64,000 bases of DNA from Candidatus Cloacimonadota bacterium (lineage in GTDB: Bacteria; Cloacimonadota; Cloacimonadia; JGIOTU-2). Location of the stretch: the NCBI GenBank assembly GCA_049903315.1, contig JBNGBT010000009.1:32001-96000 (forward strand), in the 5' to 3' direction. Every line of letters starts with the position of its first letter. The stretch's first letter is position 1. Below the pieces are notes generated by a model. The model worked only from the letters and a program-made list of their open reading frames with translations, searched no databases and was not told the DNA's origin. Made by a program: the position numbers and the translations under genes. Positions 9,982 through 19,540 of the stretch are shown here, piece by piece.

Positions 9982-10327
9982 GGTCATTTCTGTTTTTGAG
10001 TTCAAGCCAGGTTTTGATCGCTTTTCTCAAATGAGGAATTGTGATCGTCCCGCCAACAATGAGCCCGACAGAAAGTGCTTCGTCCAGCTCCTCGTCAGTA
10101 ACGCCCTGTTTTTTGCACTCAATGAGATGATAGGATATACAGTCATCACACCGAAGCACAAAGGATGAAACCAGCCCGAGAAGTTCCTTTGTTTTCTTTG
10201 GGAGTGCGCCGTCCTGATAGGTGTTAAAGTCAAGGTTAAAATAGCGTTTAACGATCTTTCCGCTGAAGTCGAGCACGTCCTTGTTGGATTCATCACGCTC
10301 TTTTATAAAATCTTCAATATTCTTCAT
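9971..10327 (-). CDS. Carboxymuconolactone decarboxylase/AhpD family protein
   Basis: GALPKKTKELLGL and LRCDDCISYH motifs. Confidence 0.88.
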   Translation of the reverse strand: MKNIEDFIKERDESNKDVLDFSGKIVKRYFNLDFNTYQDGALPKKTKELLGLVSSFVLRCDDCISYHLIECKKQGVTDEELDEALSVGLIVGGTITIPHLRKAIKTWLELKNRNDHEK

Positions 10328-10336
10328 GAACGAACT

Positions 10337-10681
10337 TTAAAGTGCATCCCTTATTGCATCCAATTCTTTTTTGGCTTCAGGCACCATTTCGTGAAATTTT
10401 GCTATTTTTTCACATCCGTAGTCATCACAATATGCACAGTTGAGTAATTCTTTGTCCAAGACGCATTTTCGTATCTCGCATTCGGCGCAGTGCCCAATAT
10501 GCCTGCCCTCTTCCTCGAGGCATCCCACACAATACACATCATCTGGATTGATTGTCGCTCCATACATTTTTGACCACTCTTGCGCTGTCTTTATTCTCAG
10601 CTCTTCATCATCATTCAGGGTCGCGATGAATGCCGGACATGCCGTGCAGACTATTCCACATGCAGCTATTATTTTTTCCAT
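10337..10681 (-). CDS. DUF3795 Cys-rich protein
   Basis: CGIVCTACP, CVGC, CAECEIRKC and CAYCDDYGC motifs. Confidence 0.85.
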   Translation of the reverse strand: MEKIIAACGIVCTACPAFIATLNDDEELRIKTAQEWSKMYGATINPDDVYCVGCLEEEGRHIGHCAECEIRKCVLDKELLNCAYCDDYGCEKIAKFHEMVPEAKKELDAIRDAL

Positions 10682-10720
10682 GATTTCTCCTTGCGAATTT
10701 TTGGAATTTTCTAAATTAAT

Positions 10721-11869
10721 TTATTTACCGTCCAGAATTTTGCATTCCGTCAGGAAGGGGGAGTTAAAATCCGTGAACTCACCTGCTTTTTTGCCGGGAA
10801 CAGGGAACAACCTTGCTGAAAGGGGTTTATCCAGCTTCAAGCTTAAGCTCGCCACATCAAAAAGAATATTCTCCAGTTCCTGAGCGATTATATCTCCCGG
10901 AAGCGGGATACAATCCAGGCCGGTTCCGCAGACTGCAGAATATGCCAGTAATTTTTGGACATCCAACAGCCTGTCTCCACAACGTGCTGCAAGCCCTGCA
11001 TCTTCCAGAACAGGAAGCATGAGCCCATTATAACCCCATTTTCTGATTGGGAGTGATTTCAGAACGCCTGTGATCATCGCCGCAATTGCGAGTGTGCCCG
11101 GTTCGCCAAATTTATTAAATCCGAGTTTTTCAAATCCGAACGCAATGCTTTCTTCTTTTTCCAGCGAAGGTGCAATTGAAACATCGATTCCTTTGAAGGA
11201 TACGCCTGTATCATCCTCGATCATCATGCCGATATCTTCGAGTGGGCGCAGTTCCTGTATGAAAATCTTTTTCAGGTTTTCACGCGCAGTACCAAAGGAA
11301 GCCTGGTCAGTAAAAGCCCTGTTAATGAGATCGCTGCATTCCAGACCGAGAGTAAAGCAATTCTTCCCAACATGGTAGCTTGCAGGATAGAATGGAATGT
11401 CCGGCGGACAGTTCGCGATCGCAGCAAAGCGGAAATTTCCATACCCTTTTTCCGTTATTTCAGAAATATTTTTGATCGTTTGTGCTGCTTTCTTCAAAGC
11501 TTCAGCGCTGAATCCCGAAATATCATCAACAATAGTTATTGTTGTGGAGATTCTTTCTGTATATAGAATGATCTCGGGTATCACATCCATGTATTCCGGC
11601 TCTTTCACAGTCCCAATACTGGTGAATTCCACACCTTCCTGTTTACAAAGTGTCTCGAAATTCTGCAGCGTTCGGATGAGCTCGCTTTTATCCAGATGTC
11701 CGAGAAATTCCGGCCACGAATGTGTGGTTATGCGCGGCTCCTGCACCTCGAATCCTTGATCTTCATATATTTTTCTGGCATTATTGTTGAATGCCGCTGC
11801 ATCTTTGATCACATGTTCGTCCAGGGGATATCCTGGCGATATGCCGTGAGTTATAGTTCGTATTTTCAT
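10721..11869 (-). CDS. DUF711 (UPF0210-like) family protein
   Basis: MKIRTIT, IPFYPASYH, GLMLPVLED, SAVCGTGLDCIPLPG and KPLSARLFP motifs. Confidence 0.82.
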   Translation of the reverse strand: MKIRTITHGISPGYPLDEHVIKDAAAFNNNARKIYEDQGFEVQEPRITTHSWPEFLGHLDKSELIRTLQNFETLCKQEGVEFTSIGTVKEPEYMDVIPEIILYTERISTTITIVDDISGFSAEALKKAAQTIKNISEITEKGYGNFRFAAIANCPPDIPFYPASYHVGKNCFTLGLECSDLINRAFTDQASFGTARENLKKIFIQELRPLEDIGMMIEDDTGVSFKGIDVSIAPSLEKEESIAFGFEKLGFNKFGEPGTLAIAAMITGVLKSLPIRKWGYNGLMLPVLEDAGLAARCGDRLLDVQKLLAYSAVCGTGLDCIPLPGDIIAQELENILFDVASLSLKLDKPLSARLFPVPGKKAGEFTDFNSPFLTECKILDGK

Positions 11870-11871
11870 GC

Positions 11872-13380
11872 CTATTCTTCCTCTAATTCCTGCCGCAAAT
11901 GCAACAGGGCATCTTCAGCTGAAATGTGTTTTTTTATTAAATCCATTATTGTATTTTTTGAATACTCGTGGTCATCTCGAAGCTGGTTTGCGGCATTGAT
12001 AATTTTGCCGAAAATTTTATCAGGTGTAAATCCAATCGAAATCAGGTCTCTTCCTTCTATGATATTTTCTGGTTTATCGCGGTCAACATTGAGTGCCTGC
12101 GATCGTTCGATGAGCCATGCCCCTGATTTGAAATCTTCATCCCGATCATGAAGGCGAGTGCCTTTGCCCATATAATCTGCCTCAGCAACGAGAGTAAGCT
12201 CGTAAATTGTGGCTGGATAGAGCCGTCGTGCAAGCCGTCGTATAGCGCCGTCAGTGATCTTTTCACCTTTGCGGAACTCCGCTTTATATAAAGAAAAGGG
12301 CGCAAGGTGATTTTTTACAAGGGGTATCACCTTTTCTTTGGTTTCGTTATCCGCGCCAATTTGATTAAGAAAAGCCCGGGTCGGTTCTTCGCCAGCAGAT
12401 TCGTGCTCCGGCGTAGAAATTCGCCCCTCACCTTTTATGGTCGTTTCCGGTTTGCCAAAATCGTGGCACAGGATACCAAGCATGATCACGAATGCTTCTC
12501 GAACCCGGAGAGGTTCTCTGTGTATGATCTGTGCACCTGCATTGATGCATTGTAGCGTATGTATCCACACATTTCCTTCCGGATGCCAGAGTGGATCCTG
12601 CTCTGTTTCTGTTAGCTTAAAAAGCGCGGGATAATACCTTTCTATGATACCAAGGTCCAACATGGTTTTTAATCCAAGAGAGGGCTTCCTTGCTTTGAGC
12701 AGCAGTTTTTTCCACTCCTCCTGGATGCGCTCCTTGGGTAATTCTTCGAGTGATGGCACTGCCTTTTGCATGAGAATAAAGCTCTTCATTTCGACTGCGA
12801 GATCAAAGCGTGCGACAAATTGAACTCCCCTCATCACGCGCAGAGGATCTTCGGTAAAAGTATCTTTATCAACCACTCTCAGTACTCTCTTTTCAAGATC
12901 TGCAAGCCCGTGGAACGGGTCGATGAGTACTTCTGTAACAGGATCATACATCATTGCATTAATAGTGAAGTCCCTTCTGCGTATCGCTTCTTTGATATCC
13001 ATAAAAGGGTCGGTATCAACTGCAAATCCCCTGTGCCCTTCACCAACCTTTGAATCCTTTCTGGGAAGGGAGAAATCTATTTCCAATGTGCCGTCATAAT
13101 ATTTCAGCACCCCAAACGATTTGCCCACCTCCATGACCTTGCCGTACTTTTCTACAATTTCCTGAATCGTATCAGGTTGCATGCCGTACACTTCTATATC
13201 AAGGTCCTTTGTGGGCTTTTTCCCCAGAAGCATGTCGCGCACACTGCCGCCGACCAGAAATGCCTTGCCACCCTGTCCGTCTATTTCTCTGACAATATCA
13301 ATAACGGTCTGCGGAATAGTAGAAAGTGCCGGTGTGAAAAAGCGTGGTATTTTCTTGATATAGGAATTCGGTATCTTCAT
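11872..13380 (-). CDS. cca: CCA tRNA nucleotidyltransferase with HD domain
   Basis: LVGGSVRD, DLDIE, RRDFTINA, EDPLRVMR, HPEGNVWIHT and CHDFGK motifs. Confidence 0.9.
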   Translation of the reverse strand: MKIPNSYIKKIPRFFTPALSTIPQTVIDIVREIDGQGGKAFLVGGSVRDMLLGKKPTKDLDIEVYGMQPDTIQEIVEKYGKVMEVGKSFGVLKYYDGTLEIDFSLPRKDSKVGEGHRGFAVDTDPFMDIKEAIRRRDFTINAMMYDPVTEVLIDPFHGLADLEKRVLRVVDKDTFTEDPLRVMRGVQFVARFDLAVEMKSFILMQKAVPSLEELPKERIQEEWKKLLLKARKPSLGLKTMLDLGIIERYYPALFKLTETEQDPLWHPEGNVWIHTLQCINAGAQIIHREPLRVREAFVIMLGILCHDFGKPETTIKGEGRISTPEHESAGEEPTRAFLNQIGADNETKEKVIPLVKNHLAPFSLYKAEFRKGEKITDGAIRRLARRLYPATIYELTLVAEADYMGKGTRLHDRDEDFKSGAWLIERSQALNVDRDKPENIIEGRDLISIGFTPDKIFGKIINAANQLRDDHEYSKNTIMDLIKKHISAEDALLHLRQELEEE

Positions 13381-14225
13381 GGATTCAACTCTATTCTTTC
13401 TTTATTGATTTGTAAAGCCAATTTGTACACCCGGTTTCTCGAGAGTTTATGCTCCTGAGCCAACTCCCTGGCAGTCCTGCTTACAGACTTATTATGATGA
13501 AATTCCTCTGTGATAAGTTCTCGAAGTTCTTCATCAGACAGAATTTGCTCCTGCGCGCCCTCCAGGATAATTACAAACTCGCCTTTCAAAGTGATCTCGT
13601 TAAAATTCTCAACAAAATGTGAGAGCTTTCCGCGATAATGTGTTTCAAATTTTTTTGATATTTCTCTGGTAATGCAGATATGCCTGTCTTTCAGGTATTT
13701 GAGTAATTCTTTCAGTGTTTCATGAAGACGATGCGGCGCTTCGTAAAAAATTAACGTGTCCTGAATATTTTCAAGATTTTGCAAAAACTCTCTGCGCTCT
13801 GATTGTTTCTCCGGCAGAAATCCAACAAAATAGAACTTCTCGGTTGACAAACCGGAAGAAACCAGTGCGGGGATCAGTGCAGTTGCGCCGGGTAGAGTAA
13901 CGATCTCTAGTTCTCTTGTAATCGCTTCCTGAATGAGGATGCCAGCCGGATCCGATATGCTCGGAGTTCCTGCATCCGAAATGATCGCAATGTCTTTTCC
14001 CTTTTGCAGTTTTTCTATAAACTCATCGAGACGCCCTCTCTCATTGAACTTATGATAGCTCACCATAGGTGTAGAAATATTATAATGATCGAGCAAAATC
14101 CTCGATGTGCGTGTGTCCTCAGCGCCGATAAGGGCTACTTTCTGTAGGATTTCAACTGCCCGATAAGTAATATCACCGAGATTGCCAATGGGTGTAGGCA
14201 CAATATAGAGCGTTCCGTTTTTCAT
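13377..14225 (-). CDS. rsmI: 16S rRNA (cytidine1402-2'-O)-methyltransferase
   Basis: LYIVPTPIGNLGDIT, AEDTR, SDAGTPSISDP and YEAPHR motifs. Start at MKNGTL. Confidence 0.95.
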   Translation of the reverse strand: MKNGTLYIVPTPIGNLGDITYRAVEILQKVALIGAEDTRTSRILLDHYNISTPMVSYHKFNERGRLDEFIEKLQKGKDIAIISDAGTPSISDPAGILIQEAITRELEIVTLPGATALIPALVSSGLSTEKFYFVGFLPEKQSERREFLQNLENIQDTLIFYEAPHRLHETLKELLKYLKDRHICITREISKKFETHYRGKLSHFVENFNEITLKGEFVIILEGAQEQILSDEELRELITEEFHHNKSVSRTARELAQEHKLSRNRVYKLALQINKERIELNP

Positions 14226-14330
14226 GATAGAGAAGTGTTTCAAATCACAAAATTTCTGGCAATATTTTTGTTAATATATAAGACTGAAGCCAGAATTTGT
14301 TATTATATTTTTTAACCATATTAAAAAAAC

Positions 14331-14359
14331 TTGACCTGGCGTACGCCATTGCGTACTTT
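14331..14359 (+). promoter_or_regulatory. Sigma70-type promoter of the TA operon with palindromic operator
   Basis: TTGACC-N17-TACTTT. The inverted repeat GTACGC-catt-GCGTAC (14341-14356) overlaps the spacer and the -10 box. Confidence 0.75.
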
Positions 14360-14384
14360 TGTAAAAAATATTTCGGGGTGCTCT

Positions 14385-14627
14385 ATGCCAACATTATCAG
14401 CAACAGATGCGCGCGCAAAACTGTATCGCCTTATTGATCAAACCCATTCCTCTCACGAGCCGATCGTGATCACGGGAAAACGGGGCAATGCGGTTCTCAT
14501 CTCCGAGGATGACTGGCGTGCTGTTCAGGAAACCCTGTACCTTCTAAACATACCTGGCATGAAAGAGTCTATCAAAAAAGGGTTAGCCACACCGATAGAT
14601 GAGTGCGATGAGGAAATCGATTGGTGA
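14385..14627 (+). CDS. yefM: Type II antitoxin, Phd/YefM family
   Basis: SATDARAKLYRLID, PIVITGKRGNAVLISEDDW and ETLYLL motifs. Confidence 0.92.
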   Translation: MPTLSATDARAKLYRLIDQTHSSHEPIVITGKRGNAVLISEDDWRAVQETLYLLNIPGMKESIKKGLATPIDECDEEIDW

Positions 14628-14887
14628 ACTGGCGAATCGTTTTTACAAAACAAGCACAAAAGGATGCAAAAAAGATCACTCTTTCGGGTTTGAAAAGTAA
14701 GGTTGAGACTCATCTCGATTTACTCCGTAAGGATCCGTATTGTAAACAGCCACCCTTTGAGAAACTTGTTGGTGATTTGGAAGGTGCATATTCTCGTCGT
14801 ATAAACATCCAACACCGGCTTGTGTATCAAATCATAGATGAAAAGAAAACTGTAAAAATTATCCGCATGTGGACACACTACGAGTAG
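14621..14887 (+). CDS. yoeB: Type II toxin, Txe/YoeB family mRNA interferase
   Basis: PPFEKLVGDLEGAYSRRINIQHRLVY...WTHYE. Overlaps the antitoxin stop. Confidence 0.93.
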   Translation: MVNWRIVFTKQAQKDAKKITLSGLKSKVETHLDLLRKDPYCKQPPFEKLVGDLEGAYSRRINIQHRLVYQIIDEKKTVKIIRMWTHYE

Positions 14888-14977
14888 GTATTTGATTATT
14901 CGAGATAATCCCAATCTGCAATTTAGCATATTAATTTATGACACTTTATTATTGGAATCTTTTATAAAGGTACGCAC

Positions 14978-15418
14978 ATGAGACTCTGGTCAATACATCC
15001 CCATTATCTCGATGCAAAAGGTTTAGTCGCACTCTGGAGAGAAGGACTGCTTGCGCAGAAAGTTCTTCTCGGTGCGACAAAGGGCTATAAGAATCATCCT
15101 CAGCTCAAGCGGTTTGAAATGTCAGACAATCCTGTCGGTTCAATTGCCAGTTACCTGCAATGCGTGGCAGATGAAGCTGATAAGAGACATTATCGCTTTA
15201 ATAGGAACAAGATCGATAGCACGCGCTCTGAAAATAAAATTCCCGTCACTGATGGACAGATTAAATACGAATTTACTCATCTTCTTAATAAACTTACCGT
15301 TCGTGATCATGATAAATATACAAGGACCAAATCTATCAAAAAGATCGACCTACATCCCCTCTTTGAAATCATCCCTGGCGATATTGAAGAATGGGAAAGA
15401 GAAAAAAATATAAAATAA
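14978..15418 (+). CDS. Pyrimidine dimer DNA glycosylase/T4 endonuclease V-like protein
   Basis: MRLWSIHPHYLDAKGLVALWREGLLAQ...GYKNHPQL family signature. Confidence 0.82.
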   Translation: MRLWSIHPHYLDAKGLVALWREGLLAQKVLLGATKGYKNHPQLKRFEMSDNPVGSIASYLQCVADEADKRHYRFNRNKIDSTRSENKIPVTDGQIKYEFTHLLNKLTVRDHDKYTRTKSIKKIDLHPLFEIIPGDIEEWEREKNIK

Positions 15419-15430
15419 AGTGAGAATACA

Positions 15431-16747
15431 ATGATAAAAAAAATCTTCCCTTTCGTGGTGCTTTTTATGACAATCCTATTCTGTGGTTGCTCAGAGAAAG
15501 AGCAGACAACCCATATTGACATAACTGATTATAACATTACGATTGATTTCCCGTCCCCCGGCGAAATGGTTGTTTCTGCTACTATGTCATGCTTAAATCA
15601 AGAAAACTCGCAGCAATTTGAATTTCTGTTGAATCCTATGGTTTCAATCCATTCCGTCAGCATCAAAAATAATGATGCATGGTTAGAGGTCGCTTATGAG
15701 CGGGAAGATGACAAGGTTGGGCTTTCTATACCGGACAGCTTAGTGTCAATAGATCAAATTCTTCGTTTTGATTACCTGTTCCCATTGGAGCAGCAGTTGG
15801 GAAATTTCTTCTACATCGATCGCGGCTTTAGATGGTATCCCATGATTATCGACGAAGTGGCAAATGTCAGGATTTCTGCAACAGTGTTTCCAAGATACAG
15901 CATGTTCTCCTGCGGTGATCTCGTTGGGGTTACAGAAGCTGGCACTCATTTGACCTATATCTGGGAGACGCAGATTCCTGTGTTCAAGATTCCGGTCGTA
16001 TTAATCGCAACGGACATGTATACTAAGATTTCTGCTCCGTGTAATGATAACGAAATCATCTTCTATGTGCTGGACGAGAATCCTGAAACAGATCCTTTGC
16101 TTCTTGGAGAAGCGTGTGCCATGTTCGGCTACTGCGAATCACTCATCGGCACGTATCCTCATGAAAAATTAACTTTTATCGAATCCACCGCTTTTGAGGA
16201 CATGAGTTTTATTGCGTCCGGTCTTGTTCTTGTCAGCTCGGATTTCATGGAACAGTTCCGTCATGGATACACGCAGGGACTTCATCTGCCGATTGCCATG
16301 CAGTGGTTTGGTTCCGGAGTATTTGCAACATTTCAGGATGAGGGATTCTGGTTCTTCTCTCTATCTCTTCCTCACTATCTGCGACTTATGGCAGTACAAA
16401 GATTCGAGGGGAATGAGTCCTTTTCACGCGGTTTGATAGGACCCTATGATCTGTATCAAATTTATGCGGATGCTGAAGACGATATGCCTGTGGTAGATGT
16501 GGATATGCTGGACTCCCAAGCAAAAGGATATGCTATAACTGGTAAAGGTCCCCTTATTTTTGATCGACTTAGAAGAGAAATTGGTGAAGAACAATGGGTA
16601 AACTTTCTTCGAAGTTTATATGTGGACCACCTCGGGAAGACAATGACGTATGAAGAATTCACCGAAGAGCTATCCGAATATGCTGAGCCAAAACTGGTGA
16701 AAAAGTTCAATAATATGACGCATTCAAAGGGCGTGATTTCCCAGTAG
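15431..16747 (+). CDS. M1 aminopeptidase-fold lipoprotein, apparently lacking zinc ligands
   Basis: LFCGC lipobox. M1-like layout (WYP, GTYPHEKL, QWFG, KGPLIFDRLRREIG), but the HExxH position reads LPIAM. Confidence 0.7.
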   Translation: MIKKIFPFVVLFMTILFCGCSEKEQTTHIDITDYNITIDFPSPGEMVVSATMSCLNQENSQQFEFLLNPMVSIHSVSIKNNDAWLEVAYEREDDKVGLSIPDSLVSIDQILRFDYLFPLEQQLGNFFYIDRGFRWYPMIIDEVANVRISATVFPRYSMFSCGDLVGVTEAGTHLTYIWETQIPVFKIPVVLIATDMYTKISAPCNDNEIIFYVLDENPETDPLLLGEACAMFGYCESLIGTYPHEKLTFIESTAFEDMSFIASGLVLVSSDFMEQFRHGYTQGLHLPIAMQWFGSGVFATFQDEGFWFFSLSLPHYLRLMAVQRFEGNESFSRGLIGPYDLYQIYADAEDDMPVVDVDMLDSQAKGYAITGKGPLIFDRLRREIGEEQWVNFLRSLYVDHLGKTMTYEEFTEELSEYAEPKLVKKFNNMTHSKGVISQ

Positions 16748-16961
16748 ATACAAGGTTGTTTTCTAGAACATAATCCATCTCAATGTAAAAATTGACAAAA
16801 AACAAGCCTTTTTGCCACCTTATAGGCAACAGTTTTTTCGTATCGGTGCTGAACTTGAACCAGCCCTGTCTTTAGCGCTCCTTGTCACTGCTTATGTATA
16901 ATACGTAATACTCAGATAATATGTAAAGTGCAAAAAAGTAGATCTAAAAAAAGGAGTTAAC

Positions 16962-18131
16962 ATGAAAAAAAAGAAAACCTTTACCTTAACTAGTGCATTA
17001 TTAATCCTTTGCACCATATCAATCATTATTATTACCAACTCCTGTTCAAAATCCACAGAACCAACAGAGGTCGTCTTCACAGCGCTTCCTTTTGCCAGTG
17101 ACGACTATTCGCTTGGTATTGCGGAAGGAATTAGCGGTGATGGCACTGTCGTGGTTGGCGGCGGTGCAGTTAATACACCAGATGACGGCAAATATTTTGA
17201 GATTGCCCCGGTCATTTGGACAGATAATACAATAACTGTTCTTCCCTTTATGAGAGATAAAATTCAGGATTTCCCTCGTGAAGGTATTGTGTATGATATC
17301 TCAGATACTGGGATTTTGGCTGGTTATGAAACCCTGGGAGATTTTTTCCCTGATGCATATTACTATTCAAATAATCAATGGCATGGGATAATCAATCCTT
17401 CTAATTCTGCTATAGCCCAAACAGCTGAAGGAATCTCTTCTGATGGCACTATTATTGTTGGTATGACAGGATGGAATGATGACCCGGGTGGCTATTACTA
17501 CAATGTTACCACTGGAACATTCACTATTCTTGAGTCCTCTTTTAAAGATAGTGCTGATTACACAAAAGCTCAAACTAATTTATACGATATATCCGGTGAT
17601 GGAACTCTATTGGTTGGTTCGGATTGTGCAAATAAATTTGATAGCATTTCTGTCAAACTACCTATGTATTTCAATATGGCAAAAGACACGTTACCAACCA
17701 TACTTCCTCTTCCGTCCGGATACACGGCTGGAGCTGCTGAAGGAATTTCTAATGACGGCAGTACTATCGTAGGACATGTTTATGATGATGAGGACACTCC
17801 CTATGCTGCGTACTGGGATGAGAATCGTCAGGCACATTTGCTCGGCACCTACTGCCCCTATCCCGGACCCCTGCAACCAGCAACTATCGCACACGATGCT
17901 TCAGATAACGGTGACAGGATCGTGGGTACATCCTATGAAATCGCATTTATTAAATTCAAGAATGATGCAATGTTCCCACTCCAGGAGTGGCTGGAAGATG
18001 AAGGACTTGCTTCCGAACTCGCGGACTGGAGGCTTATTACTGCCACAGGAATCACACCGGATGGGCACTGGATAGTCGGAACCGGCGTAGATGGTGTTCA
18101 TACACGGGCATTTAAAGTGTATATTCCATAA
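16962..18131 (+). CDS. Lipoprotein with HAF-like extracellular beta-propeller repeats
   Basis: TNSC lipobox. Repeated AEGISxDGxxxVG units. Confidence 0.75.
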   Translation: MKKKKTFTLTSALLILCTISIIIITNSCSKSTEPTEVVFTALPFASDDYSLGIAEGISGDGTVVVGGGAVNTPDDGKYFEIAPVIWTDNTITVLPFMRDKIQDFPREGIVYDISDTGILAGYETLGDFFPDAYYYSNNQWHGIINPSNSAIAQTAEGISSDGTIIVGMTGWNDDPGGYYYNVTTGTFTILESSFKDSADYTKAQTNLYDISGDGTLLVGSDCANKFDSISVKLPMYFNMAKDTLPTILPLPSGYTAGAAEGISNDGSTIVGHVYDDEDTPYAAYWDENRQAHLLGTYCPYPGPLQPATIAHDASDNGDRIVGTSYEIAFIKFKNDAMFPLQEWLEDEGLASELADWRLITATGITPDGHWIVGTGVDGVHTRAFKVYIP

Positions 18132-18158
18132 AAAAGAAGACAGAAGTCAGGAGATATA

Positions 18159-19472
18159 ATGGAACATAGAAAATTCCGAAATATCCTCGGTTTGGTTATT
18201 GCTCTCGTTATTACATCAATGCTTGGCTCATGTTGCAAAACAACCAATCCTAGTGATAATGATGAGGTTTTGACCGTTATCGCACGATATGAGCTGGATA
18301 CCGAAGATATTATGGATCAAGTGCAGGAATTGCCGGATGCTCCGAATGGATTTGATTATCACGATCTATACTACGAAATTTCTCAGACCGCATCCGGGAG
18401 TCCGCATCTTGTTGCCCATGAAGTTGTGAAATATACATCCAAGGACGACCAGGGAAATGATATCGAACTGTCCGGGCTCTTCATCTATCCCCTCAAGTTG
18501 GATGGAGAAATCCTGCAAACTCCACTCGTCTCTTATAACCATGGCACAGAACTGATGAAAAAATACGCTCCCTCCAAATGGGATCCCTTCGATATATCTG
18601 AGTATAAGAATTTCATGGAAGTGATCGTTGCTCATGTGCTGGCTTCTTTCTTTGGCTGGTCCATCATTATGCCGGACTACCAGGGTATGGGCTATGATCT
18701 GAACGAACCTCATCCCTATTGTATACGAGAAAAGCTGGCTGCGGCAACCGCTGATATGGTCGAGAAGGGCATCAATATGATAAAGGACAACAATCACGAT
18801 TTCGTGAACTGGGACGGTCATCTCTTCGTGTATGGCTATTCCGAAGGTGGATTCGTGACCATGGCAGTTACCCAGGAACTGGAAGACCGCAACATTGCTA
18901 TGACCGGTTCTGTTTGTATGGACGGTCCCTATGATCTTTCTGGAACAATGCTTGATATGATGATCGGTGATGAACCTGCTCCCGTTCCATATTATCTCCC
19001 TCTCATGCTTGTTGGATATAATAATCAATATCCTGAAACCTATGTCTATGATCAGATGTTGAAGGAACCATACCGAACAGACGTTCCCAAATATGCGACA
19101 GGTTTTTATGATGAAGATGTCGTGAATGGCATTATGCCTGCATCTCATATTCTTAAAGAAATATTCGAAGATGCTTTCGTTGATTCTCTTAATGACTCAA
19201 CAAGTGTAGCATGGCAAAAACTGTATGAAAACGACACCTATCAAAACTGGATCCCGGAAACCACTATGCTGATGTGGCACTGCCAGAACGATGACTGCGT
19301 TCCCATCGGTAATTACGAAGCTGCGAAAGCCGTCTTTGCCCAGGGTGGAGCTCAGAACATCACCTTTGTCGAGTTTCCTCCTGTGCCGAACTGGGCTGGA
19401 ACCGTGCATGTGTCCGCAGCCCCCATTGCCTTTCTTGAAGGGGCTTTGTGGATCAAACAGCAGTTGGAATGA
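18159..19472 (+). CDS. Alpha/beta hydrolase lipoprotein (secretory lipase-like)
   Basis: YNHGT, PDYQGMG, GYSEGG nucleophile elbow, DDCVP, and a C-terminal His (TVHV). Confidence 0.85.
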   Translation: MEHRKFRNILGLVIALVITSMLGSCCKTTNPSDNDEVLTVIARYELDTEDIMDQVQELPDAPNGFDYHDLYYEISQTASGSPHLVAHEVVKYTSKDDQGNDIELSGLFIYPLKLDGEILQTPLVSYNHGTELMKKYAPSKWDPFDISEYKNFMEVIVAHVLASFFGWSIIMPDYQGMGYDLNEPHPYCIREKLAAATADMVEKGINMIKDNNHDFVNWDGHLFVYGYSEGGFVTMAVTQELEDRNIAMTGSVCMDGPYDLSGTMLDMMIGDEPAPVPYYLPLMLVGYNNQYPETYVYDQMLKEPYRTDVPKYATGFYDEDVVNGIMPASHILKEIFEDAFVDSLNDSTSVAWQKLYENDTYQNWIPETTMLMWHCQNDDCVPIGNYEAAKAVFAQGGAQNITFVEFPPVPNWAGTVHVSAAPIAFLEGALWIKQQLE

Positions 19473-19540
19473 GGACACTTGGTTGAAGTTGTTAAGTAAT
19501 TTGAAAAAATTAATATGTAACTTAATACTGGAATAAAATT

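Noticed and set aside
16835..16920. Minus-strand GCTGG-TTCAAGT-TCAGC resembling a tRNA T-arm
   Set aside because: No convincing D-arm, anticodon arm, acceptor stem or CCA. At most an isolated hairpin.
18366..19148. 260-aa antisense ORF, and similar ones such as 205-864, 3895-4521 and 8529-9080
   Set aside because: They lie antisense to well-supported genes and show no recognisable motifs.
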